Origin: Acholeplasmataceae bacterium
Lineage (GTDB): Bacteria; Bacillota_I; Bacilli_A; Acholeplasmatales; Acholeplasmataceae
Assembly: GCA_963675245.1 (NCBI GenBank)
Contig: OY775910.1
Coordinates: 544,001-608,000 of the forward strand
DNA: 64,000 bases
Direction of reading: 5' to 3'
Of this stretch, positions 38,767 to 49,838 are shown in pieces (the first letter of the stretch is position 1; each line of letters begins with the position of its first letter). Both the position numbers and the translations under genes were made by a program. A model generated the notes under the pieces. The model was not told the origin of the DNA, ran no database searches, and saw nothing but the letters and a program-made list of their open reading frames with translations.

Positions 38767-40086
38767 TTATTGTATGTCACTTAAAAATCGTTTAAACTTA
38801 TTCTTCTCTTTAGGAAGATCAATCTTTGATACACTTATGTGAATACTCGGTTCAGATATATCGTATTGTGCGAGTTCCTGTATAAGCTTATCGCGAAGTA
38901 CTGTTATGACACTTTGATCTTTTTTTAATAAATCTATTGTAATATCAAGTTTGTTTATCTCATGTTGGACGACTTGAAATTCTCTAATGAGATCACTTGA
39001 TACAATGATCCATCTCACAAATAAATCAGGATAAATGATTTTTTTGTTGAGCTCTTTATCATAGAAATAAAGTAAGTCATCATGTCTTCCTAATACCTTT
39101 TTAATTCTTCTAAAATGTGAGCCACACGAACACGTTGTATCAAGAACAATCATATCGTTCATTTCATAACGTATGAGTGGCTGCGCTTGATTGATTAAAT
39201 TAGTGATAATCATTTTATGACCAACAACATTATCTTCAGTGATTAAATGATCATCTTCATCATATAATTCAACATACACCAAATCTTCATTGATATGTAA
39301 ATGACCCTCTTTACAAGCACTTGCCATTTGGCCTTCACTTGCTTGATATATCTCTATTACAGATGTTTTAAATGCGTTCTTAAACCTTGACTTGTCTTCT
39401 TCATTTAAAACTTCTGCATATGTAACAATCTGTTTCAAAGGTACCTGAATTTGATTAGCTAATGGTAATAGTTGTCTTAAAAGACTAGGCGGTGCCATGA
39501 TGATATTCATCTTATGTGTATTAATCGTATGTATGATGTCATGAACATCCGTCATGGTGGATAAATATTTAAGTGAAACAACGTTGGAATTAATATCCTC
39601 AAAGCCTTGAGAAAACACTCTTAATAGGAATAAAATTCTAAATGGCAATTGTCGTAATTTTAAACCACTTCTTGCTAAAAAAACGAATGGTAATCTTCTC
39701 GTAAGTTCCTTAGGTGTTAAATAGATACCTTTATTACCACTGGTGCCACTTGATAGACCAACAACAAATTCATCTTTATAATAGCCATAATAGTCTTTAT
39801 TCACTTCTTTTTCGACAGCATATGCCAATACATCATCTTTATTAATACCTACCGTATTTAAATCAGAGAAGTTATCCATCATGATTTGTTTATTAATCGT
39901 TGGTAAATGATAAAAGTCTTCAAAACTATGAACATCATATCCCTCATATAGACGTGCATAAAAGGGGCTATTCGCCTTTGCATATGATATGATTTTTTTA
40001 ATTTCTTTCAATTGATACTGCTTAATACGTTTCGTGGAATAGTGTGATCTGTGATGTACCAGTCGAAAATAATCAAGTATCCCCAT
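38767..40086 (-). CDS. Phenylacetate-CoA ligase / F390 synthetase-like adenylate-forming enzyme
   Basis: LSSGTSGNKG, YQASEG, QPLIRYEMND, GRHDD. Confidence 0.88.
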   Translation of the reverse strand: MGILDYFRLVHHRSHYSTKRIKQYQLKEIKKIISYAKANSPFYARLYEGYDVHSFEDFYHLPTINKQIMMDNFSDLNTVGINKDDVLAYAVEKEVNKDYYGYYKDEFVVGLSSGTSGNKGIYLTPKELTRRLPFVFLARSGLKLRQLPFRILFLLRVFSQGFEDINSNVVSLKYLSTMTDVHDIIHTINTHKMNIIMAPPSLLRQLLPLANQIQVPLKQIVTYAEVLNEEDKSRFKNAFKTSVIEIYQASEGQMASACKEGHLHINEDLVYVELYDEDDHLITEDNVVGHKMIITNLINQAQPLIRYEMNDMIVLDTTCSCGSHFRRIKKVLGRHDDLLYFYDKELNKKIIYPDLFVRWIIVSSDLIREFQVVQHEINKLDITIDLLKKDQSVITVLRDKLIQELAQYDISEPSIHISVSKIDLPKEKNKFKRFLSDIQ

Positions 40087-40090
40087 TGAT

Positions 40091-41317
40091 TTACCCTTGA
40101 AGTTTTTCTTCTTTTTGTGAACCACCAAAGTGTTTCATAAACTTAACATATCCATATTCAATACCATATTTGTAATGTGCTTTTTGCCACAACATTAATA
40201 CGAATCCCCAGAATATAGCAATCACTACCCCGATAACAACCGATGTATACATACCAAGATATAAGTTGGCATCAATAAGTAACATGAATTGTTTCAATGC
40301 ACTTGAGAATAATTGTTCGACAAAGAAAACCGTCAACCCAGCTACACCAAAACGATATAGGAAATTAGAAACAACATTCAATTTAGATGACGCGCCATCT
40401 TTATCATAAATAGAGATGAATAAATAGATTAACAATTGGAATAAACCAATCTGGAAGACCATGATACCATACCATGTATAATCGATTAATCGATCTAACA
40501 TCGTTTCTTCCGCTGTTAAATAAATAACTAAACCGACAACAAAAAATAAAATACCACTGGTTAAGATCATTAATTTCGTTTTCTTCTTATTGTTTTCAAT
40601 TAACAATGTCGCAATCCATGAACCAAACAATCCGAATGATAAGAATGGTAAAATAGGATTATTTTTGTTGATGAAGAAGTTCATCACAAGTGCTAATCCA
40701 TATTGGTTATTATCTCTCACATCTAAATACGTTGTATATAAAGGAATTCTGACTGTACTTAAGATAAGAACAGCCACCGCTAATATAAGAAAATAATAAG
40801 AACGCTTCTTATCATCTTTAATCCATTTGAAGCCTAACGCTATAATTAGCCCCATTAAGATGATGTTAATTCCTATCATGACAAGTGAATCAACATATAA
40901 AATACGATCAATAGAAGGCCATATAAAGCGTCCACTTTTAATTAATTCAACCAGAATACTTTGGTCCATTGATCTCGTATCAAAATGAATAATACCTGGG
41001 CCAGTGAATAAAAAGTATATATAGGCAATTAATAAAACATATAACCCAGCAAAACATGCATATTTAATAAGTGATTTTAACGATTGTCCTTTTTCTTTAT
41101 GTTTTCTATAAAATTGTAGGGTATGAACAATACCACTGATCATCGCGAACAAACCAGCAAACATTAAGATAAACCCGATTAACGTAATGATGAGAGGTGG
41201 GCTATTTAGATCAAGATCATAAATGCCATCAAAATAGTAAAAAGCTGTATGTAACACCAACACACCAAAAATACCTAATCCTCTCAAAACATCTAAACCC
41301 ATGTAATGCTTTTTCAT
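40091..41317 (-). CDS. Multi-TM acyltransferase-like protein (DUF1624/OpgC/acyltransferase-3-like)
   Basis: N-terminal LDVLRGLGIFGVLVLH and about 10 TM segments. Confidence 0.65.
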   Translation of the reverse strand: MKKHYMGLDVLRGLGIFGVLVLHTAFYYFDGIYDLDLNSPPLIITLIGFILMFAGLFAMISGIVHTLQFYRKHKEKGQSLKSLIKYACFAGLYVLLIAYIYFLFTGPGIIHFDTRSMDQSILVELIKSGRFIWPSIDRILYVDSLVMIGINIILMGLIIALGFKWIKDDKKRSYYFLILAVAVLILSTVRIPLYTTYLDVRDNNQYGLALVMNFFINKNNPILPFLSFGLFGSWIATLLIENNKKKTKLMILTSGILFFVVGLVIYLTAEETMLDRLIDYTWYGIMVFQIGLFQLLIYLFISIYDKDGASSKLNVVSNFLYRFGVAGLTVFFVEQLFSSALKQFMLLIDANLYLGMYTSVVIGVVIAIFWGFVLMLWQKAHYKYGIEYGYVKFMKHFGGSQKEEKLQG

Positions 41318-41488
41318 ATGTGTCTCCTTCTTGATCAATCTTATATTACTGTTTACAAGTATATATGATGATGTCAAAATCGCATGGCTATACACATATC
41401 ATATATGAAACACATACAACTTACAACCTACAGAAATAAAAAAGGGACTCTATTGCTAGAGAACCCTTTTTATAGACTCATTTGTAAT

Positions 41489-41686
41489 TTATAGTTTTAC
41501 AACGTTTGCAGCTGTTTCGCCGCGATCGCTTGATTTAACTTCAAATTCTACTTTGTCGCCTTCGTCTAATGATTTGTAACCATCAGATTGAATTGCGCTG
41601 AAGTGTACAAATACATCTTTGCCTTCTTCTGTTGAGATAAATCCATATCCCTTGTCAGAATTGAACCATTTTACTGTTCCTGTCAT
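41489..41686 (-). CDS. Cold-shock protein
   Basis: [24 protein letters not shown]. Confidence 0.98.
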   Translation of the reverse strand: MTGTVKWFNSDKGYGFISTEEGKDVFVHFSAIQSDGYKSLDEGDKVEFEVKSSDRGETAANVVKL

Positions 41687-41835
41687 GTCGCTTACTCCTT
41701 TTACTTTTTATTTTGATAAACTGCCATATCATGTTGCACCTTTGTAAGTATACCGCATTTTTCGCCATTTGCAACATAATAATGCATTTATATCCAAAGA
41801 AAATTTTATTTTTAATCTAAAATGCTATAAATAGC

Positions 41836-43176
41836 CTATATTTGCTTTTTATTTCTTTCAATCATCGTGTATACGAAATAACCAATGATTAATACACCAA
41901 CACCGATAATCGATGGTAACCAACTCTCAACAAGTGTTGCGATGAGTAACATAACAAGACCAAATATCGCTAGTGCGGGTACATAAGGATATCCCCATAC
42001 TTGATATCTTGGGTATTGATCAACTGGATGAGTTTTTCTAAATCTGAATAATGATATAAAAATTAATGTGTTAAATATTAAGCCAGCAAACACAACAAAC
42101 GTCAATAACGATTCAACACTGATTGCAGTAAAAATAAATTCTAACCATACCAAAATACTCGCAAACAGTGCAGAAAGAATTAATGCTACAGCAGGTGTAT
42201 GATAAACCGGATGTTCCGTTTCAACTGCTTTAAAGAATAAACCATCTTGTGCCATTTTTTGATAGACTCTTGGAAAAACCAATATACTACCATTTAATGC
42301 ACCAAATACAGAAATTCCTACTGAGATCATAATGAGTAATTGACCGACATCACCGAATAGTGCATAAGCGGCATTAAATATAAACCAACCATTATATGCT
42401 GAAAGTAAATCTGCATAAGCAACCACCCGATATAACGATATGATAAACAATACATAAATAATCATGACGCCAATGGTTGCGATTGATAACGATTTAGGCA
42501 AATCGTTTTTAGCATCTTTCATATGTCCGGCTATCGCATTTAAGTTAGTCCATCCTTCATATGCCCATAACGTACCGACAACTGCAAACCCAAATCCAAC
42601 CAATATTTGGAAAAATGATTGTCCAGACATCACTGATGTCCAAACGATTTGTTGTCTACCTATGATTAATCCCATCACAATAATCATCGCGATTGGAATA
42701 AGCTTAGCAACAGTGAAAATCATTTGAATAATTGTACCAAATTTCAATCCGAAATAATTAATTGTTGTAAGCAGTGCAATCACTAACACAGCAATCAAAC
42801 TGATCCATGATGCTAAACCAGGAAATATATTAGACATCACCTGTCCAAACAGTATCGCTAGTAACGCAATACTTCCTGATGATGAAAGTATTAAATTCAT
42901 AAACCCTGATAAAAAAGCGACTTTATGCCCATAAGCTTTTTTAAGATAAAGATAGTATCCACCATTTTCTGGAAATAAAGTGCCAAGCTCTGCATAAGAT
43001 AATCCGGAAAATAATGTGATTAACCCACCAACAATCCACGCGAGTATTGATAAAGGTAATGATGCGAATGATCGATTAAGTATTTGGAATCCTAAAAAGA
43101 AAATACCCGAACCAATCATAATACCAGCTAAAATTGAAACACCACCCCATACACTAATGATCTTACGTTTTTCCAT
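41836..43176 (-). CDS. APC family amino acid permease
   Basis: GIMIGSGIF, YAELGT..PENGGYY, WAYEGW. Confidence 0.93.
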   Translation of the reverse strand: MEKRKIISVWGGVSILAGIMIGSGIFFLGFQILNRSFASLPLSILAWIVGGLITLFSGLSYAELGTLFPENGGYYLYLKKAYGHKVAFLSGFMNLILSSSGSIALLAILFGQVMSNIFPGLASWISLIAVLVIALLTTINYFGLKFGTIIQMIFTVAKLIPIAMIIVMGLIIGRQQIVWTSVMSGQSFFQILVGFGFAVVGTLWAYEGWTNLNAIAGHMKDAKNDLPKSLSIATIGVMIIYVLFIISLYRVVAYADLLSAYNGWFIFNAAYALFGDVGQLLIMISVGISVFGALNGSILVFPRVYQKMAQDGLFFKAVETEHPVYHTPAVALILSALFASILVWLEFIFTAISVESLLTFVVFAGLIFNTLIFISLFRFRKTHPVDQYPRYQVWGYPYVPALAIFGLVMLLIATLVESWLPSIIGVGVLIIGYFVYTMIERNKKQI

Positions 43177-43296
43177 ACGTTCCTCCTAATATCATTTGTC
43201 ATTGATGTCTCATTCATTATGTGACATGTAGATTTTACCATTTTAGCAATTTTATATATAGAGAAATACATGAATTTTTTACCACTTAATTAAATG

Positions 43297-44574
43297 TTAA
43301 TTAATCCCTTTAAGTGAATGTGTTTTTTGTTTTGCTCCTTTGCCAATATCTTTTCTATAAACTAAATGTTGGCAGTTGATTTTTGACACTTTGTCATATA
43401 CCATTTGTTTTACTTCTTCAAATGTTGTCGCTTCACCTTTCACAAACAACACACGACCCCCATGAGTCACGAATTGATCACCATCTTTTTTGATACCCAT
43501 ATGAAGATATGAATCATCTTTAAGATCATTATCTATGACATATCCTTTTTCATAGACACCAGGATAACCCTTGGATGCCATAACAACACCAAAGTGAATA
43601 AGATCATCAAACATTAATGGCTTGACATGTCCATTCACTAAATGAATCATTGTTTCTAAAAAATCAGATGTTACTTTTGCTAAAATAACTTCTGTTTCAG
43701 GATCTCCTAACCTTGCATTGAATTCAATTACTTTCGGTCCTTCATCAGTTAAGATTAACCCTGCATATAAAAAACCTTGATAAGTGATACCTTCTTGTTT
43801 TAATCCATCTAATGTCGGTTTTAATATAGACTCAATCACTTGTTTTTCGATTTCTTTTGTAACAAATTCAACAGGTGATATAGAACCCATTCCTCCTGTG
43901 TTTGGTCCTCGATCACCATCAAGTAAACGTTTATAGTCTTTAGACACGGGTAATGGAATGATGTCATTATGATGAATTAAAGAGATAAAGGAAAACTCTT
44001 CACCTTCCAAATAATCCTCAATAACAACTCTTGCATCACCAAACTTATGATCGTTTAACATATCATCAAGCGCATGAATAGCTTCCTCTTTTGTAAAGGC
44101 GACCACAACCCCTTTACCAGCAGCTAATCCATCATATTTAATAACAATCGGTACACCTCGTTTTAAAACATACGATTTAGCTTGTTCAAAATCAGTGAAT
44201 GATTTAAAGGAAGCTGTTGGAATTTGATACTTTTCCATTAACTCTTTAGCGAATGTTTTAGATGTTTCAATTTTCGCAGCTTCTTTTTTGGGACCAAATA
44301 CAATCACGTCCGTTTCTTCAAATAAATCTGCAACACCATTTTCTAAATATACTTCACTACCTGGAATAATCAAGTCTATAGCGTGCTCAAAAACAAACGT
44401 TTGAAGTGCCTTGTGATCAAGGGGGTCAAGATCAATTCCAATCGCTTCTTGCGCCAATATGGTGCATGTAGAGGTGATATATAGTTTGTTTAGCAGTTTT
44501 GATTTTTTTATTGTTTTTAATAAGGCGTGTTCTCTTCCACCACTGCCTAAAATTAATACATTATATGTTTTCAT
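43297..44574 (-). CDS. purD: Phosphoribosylamine--glycine ligase
   Basis: GSGGREHA, DGLAAGKGV, GPNTGGMG, EFNARLGDPE. Confidence 0.98.
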   Translation of the reverse strand: MKTYNVLILGSGGREHALLKTIKKSKLLNKLYITSTCTILAQEAIGIDLDPLDHKALQTFVFEHAIDLIIPGSEVYLENGVADLFEETDVIVFGPKKEAAKIETSKTFAKELMEKYQIPTASFKSFTDFEQAKSYVLKRGVPIVIKYDGLAAGKGVVVAFTKEEAIHALDDMLNDHKFGDARVVIEDYLEGEEFSFISLIHHNDIIPLPVSKDYKRLLDGDRGPNTGGMGSISPVEFVTKEIEKQVIESILKPTLDGLKQEGITYQGFLYAGLILTDEGPKVIEFNARLGDPETEVILAKVTSDFLETMIHLVNGHVKPLMFDDLIHFGVVMASKGYPGVYEKGYVIDNDLKDDSYLHMGIKKDGDQFVTHGGRVLFVKGEATTFEEVKQMVYDKVSKINCQHLVYRKDIGKGAKQKTHSLKGIN

Positions 44575-46109
44575 TAGTGCTTGAAATGCCTATTGTTTGT
44601 GAATACCATTTTTATCCCTAATAGATTACAAGCGTCAATTGAATCTTGATCGCGAATAGATCCACCTGGTTGAATGATTGTCTTCACACCATATTGACTT
44701 GCCATTTTCACAACATCGTCAAAAGGAAAAAATGCATCACTAGATAACGTCAGTTCTTTATGATAACCGTTCTCTTTTGCTTGTTCTAAGGCAATCTGTG
44801 CAGCACCTACTCGATTCATTTGACCGGCACCAACACCTACTGTTTGATTTTTATATGTGACGACGATTGCATTTGATTTAACATGTTTCACGACTTTCCA
44901 AGCAAACATTAAATGTTCAAACTCTTCCTTAGTTGGCACCTCTTTTGTAACAACCGTTAATTCATTTGGTTTTACCATGTACTGGTCTGACTGTTGTAAT
45001 AGTAATCCACCATTTACCTTAACGGTCATATATTCGGGTTTATTTGGTAGGTTTGTATCTAATTTTAGAATTCTTAAATTCTTCTTTTTAGATAACACTG
45101 CAAAAGCATCATCCGTATATGATGGTGCAATCACAATTTCTAAAAACAATTCATTTAGTTTTTCTGCGAGTGGTTTTGTTACTTCTCTATTTAAAGCGAC
45201 AATACCCCCAAATATTGAGACCTTATCACTTTCATATGCTTTTACATATGCCTCTAATAAATTATCTGCAGACCCAATACCACAAGGATTCATATGCTTT
45301 AATGCAACCGCTGTTGGTTCACTAAATTCTTTCAACATATTAATCGCTGCGTTAGCATCTTGAATATTATTATATGAAAGTGGTTTACCATTTAGCATGT
45401 CAGCGTTAAGTAGCGAATAAGGATTCTTTTGGTCTGCATATAATGCTGCATTCTGATGAGGGTTTTCACCATATCTTAACGGTTGCTGAAAATCATATGT
45501 GAGGGTTAAAGATTCTGGAAATTCAATGTCTAGTGACTTTGTTAAATAAGTTGCGATATGGGCATCATATTGCGCTGTCTTTCTAAACACCTTCGCACTT
45601 AATGCTTTTTTGGTTTCTGGCGTTGTATCGCCATATTCTTGAATTTCATGAATAACTTGATCATAATCATTGACATCCGTAACAACCGTAACAAATTTAT
45701 AATTCTTAGCCGCACTTCGAAGCATTGATGGTCCACCAATGTCAATTTGTTCGATGGCTTCATCAAAAGACGTGTCTTCCTTTTTAATGGTTTCTACAAA
45801 AGGATAAAGATTGACACAAACTAAATCAATATAATCAATGCCGTTTTCTTTTACTTCTTTTTGATGTGTTTCATTATCTCTTAACGATAATAGTCCACCA
45901 TGAATAAGCGGGTGTAGGGTTTTAACACGACCATTTAGTATTTCTGGGAATGCTGTAACTTTCGTGATAGACTCTGCTTTTACACCAGCATCTACTAGTG
46001 CTTTTAATGTCCCCCCGGTCGATATAATGTCATAGCCATTTGACACTAACGCTTGTGCAAATGAAACAATCCCTGTTTTGTCTGATACACTGATTAACGC
46101 TCTTTTCAT
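44574..46109 (-). CDS. purH: AICAR transformylase/IMP cyclohydrolase
   Basis: RALISVSDKTG, GRVKTLHP, LRYGENPHQ, IIQPGGS. Confidence 0.98.
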   Translation of the reverse strand: MKRALISVSDKTGIVSFAQALVSNGYDIISTGGTLKALVDAGVKAESITKVTAFPEILNGRVKTLHPLIHGGLLSLRDNETHQKEVKENGIDYIDLVCVNLYPFVETIKKEDTSFDEAIEQIDIGGPSMLRSAAKNYKFVTVVTDVNDYDQVIHEIQEYGDTTPETKKALSAKVFRKTAQYDAHIATYLTKSLDIEFPESLTLTYDFQQPLRYGENPHQNAALYADQKNPYSLLNADMLNGKPLSYNNIQDANAAINMLKEFSEPTAVALKHMNPCGIGSADNLLEAYVKAYESDKVSIFGGIVALNREVTKPLAEKLNELFLEIVIAPSYTDDAFAVLSKKKNLRILKLDTNLPNKPEYMTVKVNGGLLLQQSDQYMVKPNELTVVTKEVPTKEEFEHLMFAWKVVKHVKSNAIVVTYKNQTVGVGAGQMNRVGAAQIALEQAKENGYHKELTLSSDAFFPFDDVVKMASQYGVKTIIQPGGSIRDQDSIDACNLLGIKMVFTNNRHFKH

Positions 46110-46681
46110 GATGTCATCTCCTTTAAAATTTGATTGATAATAATTTTGTAATATTGATGTTCAATATGATGAATCGTTTCTTCAACATGCTCTAACGTGG
46201 TTGGATATGTGATAGGAATGGGATGTTGATAAATAATTTTACCAGTGTCAACACCACAATCTACATAATGAATACTAATACCTACTGGAGAAATGCGGTC
46301 TCTATGTTGTCTTATGATCGCATCTTTCCCACGGTATGCAGGTAATAGTGAAGGATGAATGTTGATGATTTTTCCTTCATACGCTTCTAATAAGGTAGGA
46401 CCAATAATTTTCATATATCCCGCTAAAACGATTAAATCAATGTGTGCTTCATTTAAATGTTTAATCACTTGTTTTTCAAAAGATGCTTTATCTGGAAACT
46501 CTTTTAATTCAAAACCGATCGCGTTTAACCCTAACATCTTCGCATGCTTCAATGCTTTAGACATTTTTTTATCTGAAAAGAATAATGCGAGATTCGCATT
46601 AAGTTCATGCTTCTTAATCGCGTGATATATAGCTACAAAATTTGTGCCAGTTCCAGATGCGAATACCGCAATGTTTTTCAT
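46106..46681 (-). CDS. purN: GAR formyltransferase
   Basis: FASGTGTN, LAGYM, INIHPSLLP. Confidence 0.97.
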   Translation of the reverse strand: MKNIAVFASGTGTNFVAIYHAIKKHELNANLALFFSDKKMSKALKHAKMLGLNAIGFELKEFPDKASFEKQVIKHLNEAHIDLIVLAGYMKIIGPTLLEAYEGKIINIHPSLLPAYRGKDAIIRQHRDRISPVGISIHYVDCGVDTGKIIYQHPIPITYPTTLEHVEETIHHIEHQYYKIIINQILKEMTS

Positions 46682-47706
46682 GAGATTAATTCCCACTGTT
46701 CTGAATGAATAACTTTCCCAATCACACACGGTTCATAATCATATTGATTCAATATTGATAGTGTTTCTGATACATCTTTTTCTTCAATCACAACAACCAT
46801 ACCAATACCCATATTAAAAATATTGTACATTTCATCTTCATCAATATTACCTAGGGATTGCATTAATTTAAATATGGGCTTAACGGGAACTGCCATTTTA
46901 TTGATTGAGAATGAATATCCCGTTTTAAATGCACGTGGTATATTTTCAATAAATCCACCACCAGTAATATGAGCAATACCATGTACTTTAACTTTTGAAA
47001 TTAATTCTAATACACCCTTAACATATATTTTTGTAGGCTTGAGTAGTTCATCTTGTAATGTCGATGATAATTCATCAATATAATCCCCTAATTGATAGTT
47101 GTGGTCTTTAAAGAATATTTTTCGAACGAGACTATATCCATTCGAATGAATACCGGAAGACGAAAGGCCAACAATGATTTGTCCTTCTTTCATGCCTTCA
47201 TTTGAAACCATGTCATCTTTATCAACAACACCGGTGACATATCCTGCTAGATCATAATGATCTTTTTGATACATATCGGGCATTTCAGCAGTTTCACCAC
47301 CAATCAGTGCAGCACCCGCCAAAACGCATCCTTGACTAATGCCCTTTACAATATCTTCCATTTTATTGGGATCGGTATAGCCTAAAGCGACATAATCTAA
47401 AAAGAAGAGTGGTCTCGCACCTGTGGTGATAATGTCATTAACACACATAGCGACTAAATCAATCCCCACGGTATCATGTTTGTTCGCTTCTTGTGCAATG
47501 AGTAATTTCGTACCAACACCATCAGTGCCTGAAACCAATATAGGATGTTTTAAGTGATACTTTCCTAAATCGAATAAACCACCAAAACTACCAATATCGC
47601 TCATGACACCAAGATTATGTGTGGACTTAATATGTTTTTTTATACGCTTTACGGTTTCGTATCCACGTTCAACACTTACACCTGATGCTTCATATTTTTT
47701 AGACAT
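46678..47706 (-). CDS. purM: AIR synthetase
   Basis: TDGVGTK, DLVAMCVND, GGETAEMP, HSNGYSL. Confidence 0.98.
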   Translation of the reverse strand: MSKKYEASGVSVERGYETVKRIKKHIKSTHNLGVMSDIGSFGGLFDLGKYHLKHPILVSGTDGVGTKLLIAQEANKHDTVGIDLVAMCVNDIITTGARPLFFLDYVALGYTDPNKMEDIVKGISQGCVLAGAALIGGETAEMPDMYQKDHYDLAGYVTGVVDKDDMVSNEGMKEGQIIVGLSSSGIHSNGYSLVRKIFFKDHNYQLGDYIDELSSTLQDELLKPTKIYVKGVLELISKVKVHGIAHITGGGFIENIPRAFKTGYSFSINKMAVPVKPIFKLMQSLGNIDEDEMYNIFNMGIGMVVVIEEKDVSETLSILNQYDYEPCVIGKVIHSEQWELIS

Positions 47707-47714
47707 ATATACTC

Positions 47715-49124
47715 CTAAAATTTTCCATCTTTATTTGCGTCTTTAATATTATCGTAAATATAAGTTGGATATTTACCTGTAAAACACGACGTGCACATTT
47801 TTTCTCTACCAATAGATTTTTTTAACCCTGCCATCGATAGATATTCTAATGAGTCCGCACCAATGATCTTTCTTACTTCTTCTTTATGATGATGCGCAGA
47901 GATGAGTTCATCATACGTTGAGATATCAACACCATAAAAACAAGGATGGCTGATTTCTGGTGCAGCTATTCTAAAGTGAACTTCCTTCGCACCAAATTCT
48001 CTTAACATTTCAACAATCTTTCTTGAGGTTGTACCACGTACGATTGAATCATCAACAACCACCACACGTTTTCCTTCAACAATGCCTCTAACTGGTGATA
48101 GCTTCATTTTGACGCCTTTATCTCTCATTGCTTGAGAAGGTTTAATAAACGTTCTACCTACATATTTATTTTTAATTAAACCCATTTCAGCTGGAATCTT
48201 CGCTTCTTCTGCATATCCTAATGCAGCTGATGTCGATGAATCTGGCACCCATACGACAACATCTGCATCCACGTAAGCTTCTCTTGCAAGTTGTCTTCCT
48301 GTTTCTTTTCTGGCTGTGTGCACATTGATACCATCAATATTTGAATCCGGTCTTGAAAAATAGATATATTCCATCGCACACATATTTTGATAAGATTTTT
48401 TAGCAAAAAAATCAGATATCATATGGTTATCTTTATCAATGATTAGAATTTCTCCTGGTTTAATATCTCTAATGAAAGTAGCTCCTATCGTATCAAACGC
48501 ACACGTTTCAGACGACACAACAAAACCACCATTGAGTTTAGCAAGTGATAAAGGTCTTAATGAATTTTTATCCCTCATAATAATAATTTGATCTTTTTCT
48601 ACAACTAAAAATGCAAACGCACCTTCCAATTGATTTAATGCATCTTTAATAGCTTTCATGCGATCTGGTTGCGTATCTCTTTTAATCAAATGTGCAAAGA
48701 TCTCGCTATCGCTTTTTGATTGTAAGATTGAACCGCTTCTTTCTAATCTGATTCTTAATTCTTTGTAATTAACGAGATTGCCGTTATGACATAACCCGAA
48801 GTCTCCTGTATTATGTTGAAACAAAAACGGTTGAACATTGACTAATCCACCCCCACCCGTTGTTGAATAGCGTACATGTCCAATACCTATATTTCCTTTA
48901 AGGTTTGTTAACGTATCGTTTTTAAAAACATCCGTTACCAACCCTTCACCTTTATGATATAAGAGTTCCTCACCATCGCTCACAATCATGCCAGCACCTT
49001 CTTGACCACGATGTTGTAATGCATGTAAGCCGTAATATATGACTTCACTCGCGTTTTCTACATTGATTACGCCAAAAACGCCACACTCTTCATGAAGTTC
49101 ATCATCCATCCAAACTTCTTTCAT
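47715..49124 (-). CDS. purF: Amidophosphoribosyltransferase
   Basis: Propeptide plus EECGVFG, LQHRGQE, VDDSIVRGTT. Confidence 0.98.
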   Translation of the reverse strand: MKEVWMDDELHEECGVFGVINVENASEVIYYGLHALQHRGQEGAGMIVSDGEELLYHKGEGLVTDVFKNDTLTNLKGNIGIGHVRYSTTGGGGLVNVQPFLFQHNTGDFGLCHNGNLVNYKELRIRLERSGSILQSKSDSEIFAHLIKRDTQPDRMKAIKDALNQLEGAFAFLVVEKDQIIIMRDKNSLRPLSLAKLNGGFVVSSETCAFDTIGATFIRDIKPGEILIIDKDNHMISDFFAKKSYQNMCAMEYIYFSRPDSNIDGINVHTARKETGRQLAREAYVDADVVVWVPDSSTSAALGYAEEAKIPAEMGLIKNKYVGRTFIKPSQAMRDKGVKMKLSPVRGIVEGKRVVVVDDSIVRGTTSRKIVEMLREFGAKEVHFRIAAPEISHPCFYGVDISTYDELISAHHHKEEVRKIIGADSLEYLSMAGLKKSIGREKMCTSCFTGKYPTYIYDNIKDANKDGKF

Positions 49125-49135
49125 ATAAGAACCTC

Positions 49136-49837
49136 CTATTTAATGCGATTTAAAATCTCAATGTATGCTTCTTCAATACTTCCTAAATCTCTTCTAAAAC
49201 GATCTTTGTCTAATTTTTCTAAAGTATTTTTATCCCATAAGCGACAAGTGTCTGGACTGATTTCATCTGCTAGCAAAATGTTACCTTCAGCATTTTTACC
49301 AAATTCAATCTTGAAATCAACCAATAAAATATCATGCTTAATAAATTCATTTAATAAAATATCGTTTATCTGTTTTGTGTATGCATAGATTTGCTGAAGT
49401 TCTTCATAAGTGCATATACCTAATGCGACAGCGTGATGATCATTAATTAATGGATCATTAAGTTCATCATTTTTATAGCAAATTTCTAATACTGGATATT
49501 GAAGTTTCGTACCTTCTTCGATTTGAAGTCTTTTAGCCATGGATCCTGCTACGACATTTCTAACAATAACTTCTAACGGAATGATATCAACTTTTTGACA
49601 CAATTGACTTCTCTCATCAAGCATTTTAATAAAGTGCGTAGGAATACCTTTCTCACTTAATTTTGAAAACAGTATGTCTGTGATTTTATTGTTCAAAATG
49701 CCTTTGTTTGTAATTCTAGCTTTTTTTACACCATTGAAAGCGGTCGCGTCATCCTTATAATAAATGATGACTTGATTTGGATCTTCAGCTTGATAAACAA
49801 TTTTAGCTTTACCTTCATAAATAAATTCTTTTTTCAT
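49136..49837 (-). CDS. purC: SAICAR synthetase
   Basis: [25 protein letters not shown]. Confidence 0.98.
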   Translation of the reverse strand: MKKEFIYEGKAKIVYQAEDPNQVIIYYKDDATAFNGVKKARITNKGILNNKITDILFSKLSEKGIPTHFIKMLDERSQLCQKVDIIPLEVIVRNVVAGSMAKRLQIEEGTKLQYPVLEICYKNDELNDPLINDHHAVALGICTYEELQQIYAYTKQINDILLNEFIKHDILLVDFKIEFGKNAEGNILLADEISPDTCRLWDKNTLEKLDKDRFRRDLGSIEEAYIEILNRIK

Positions 49838-49838
49838 T

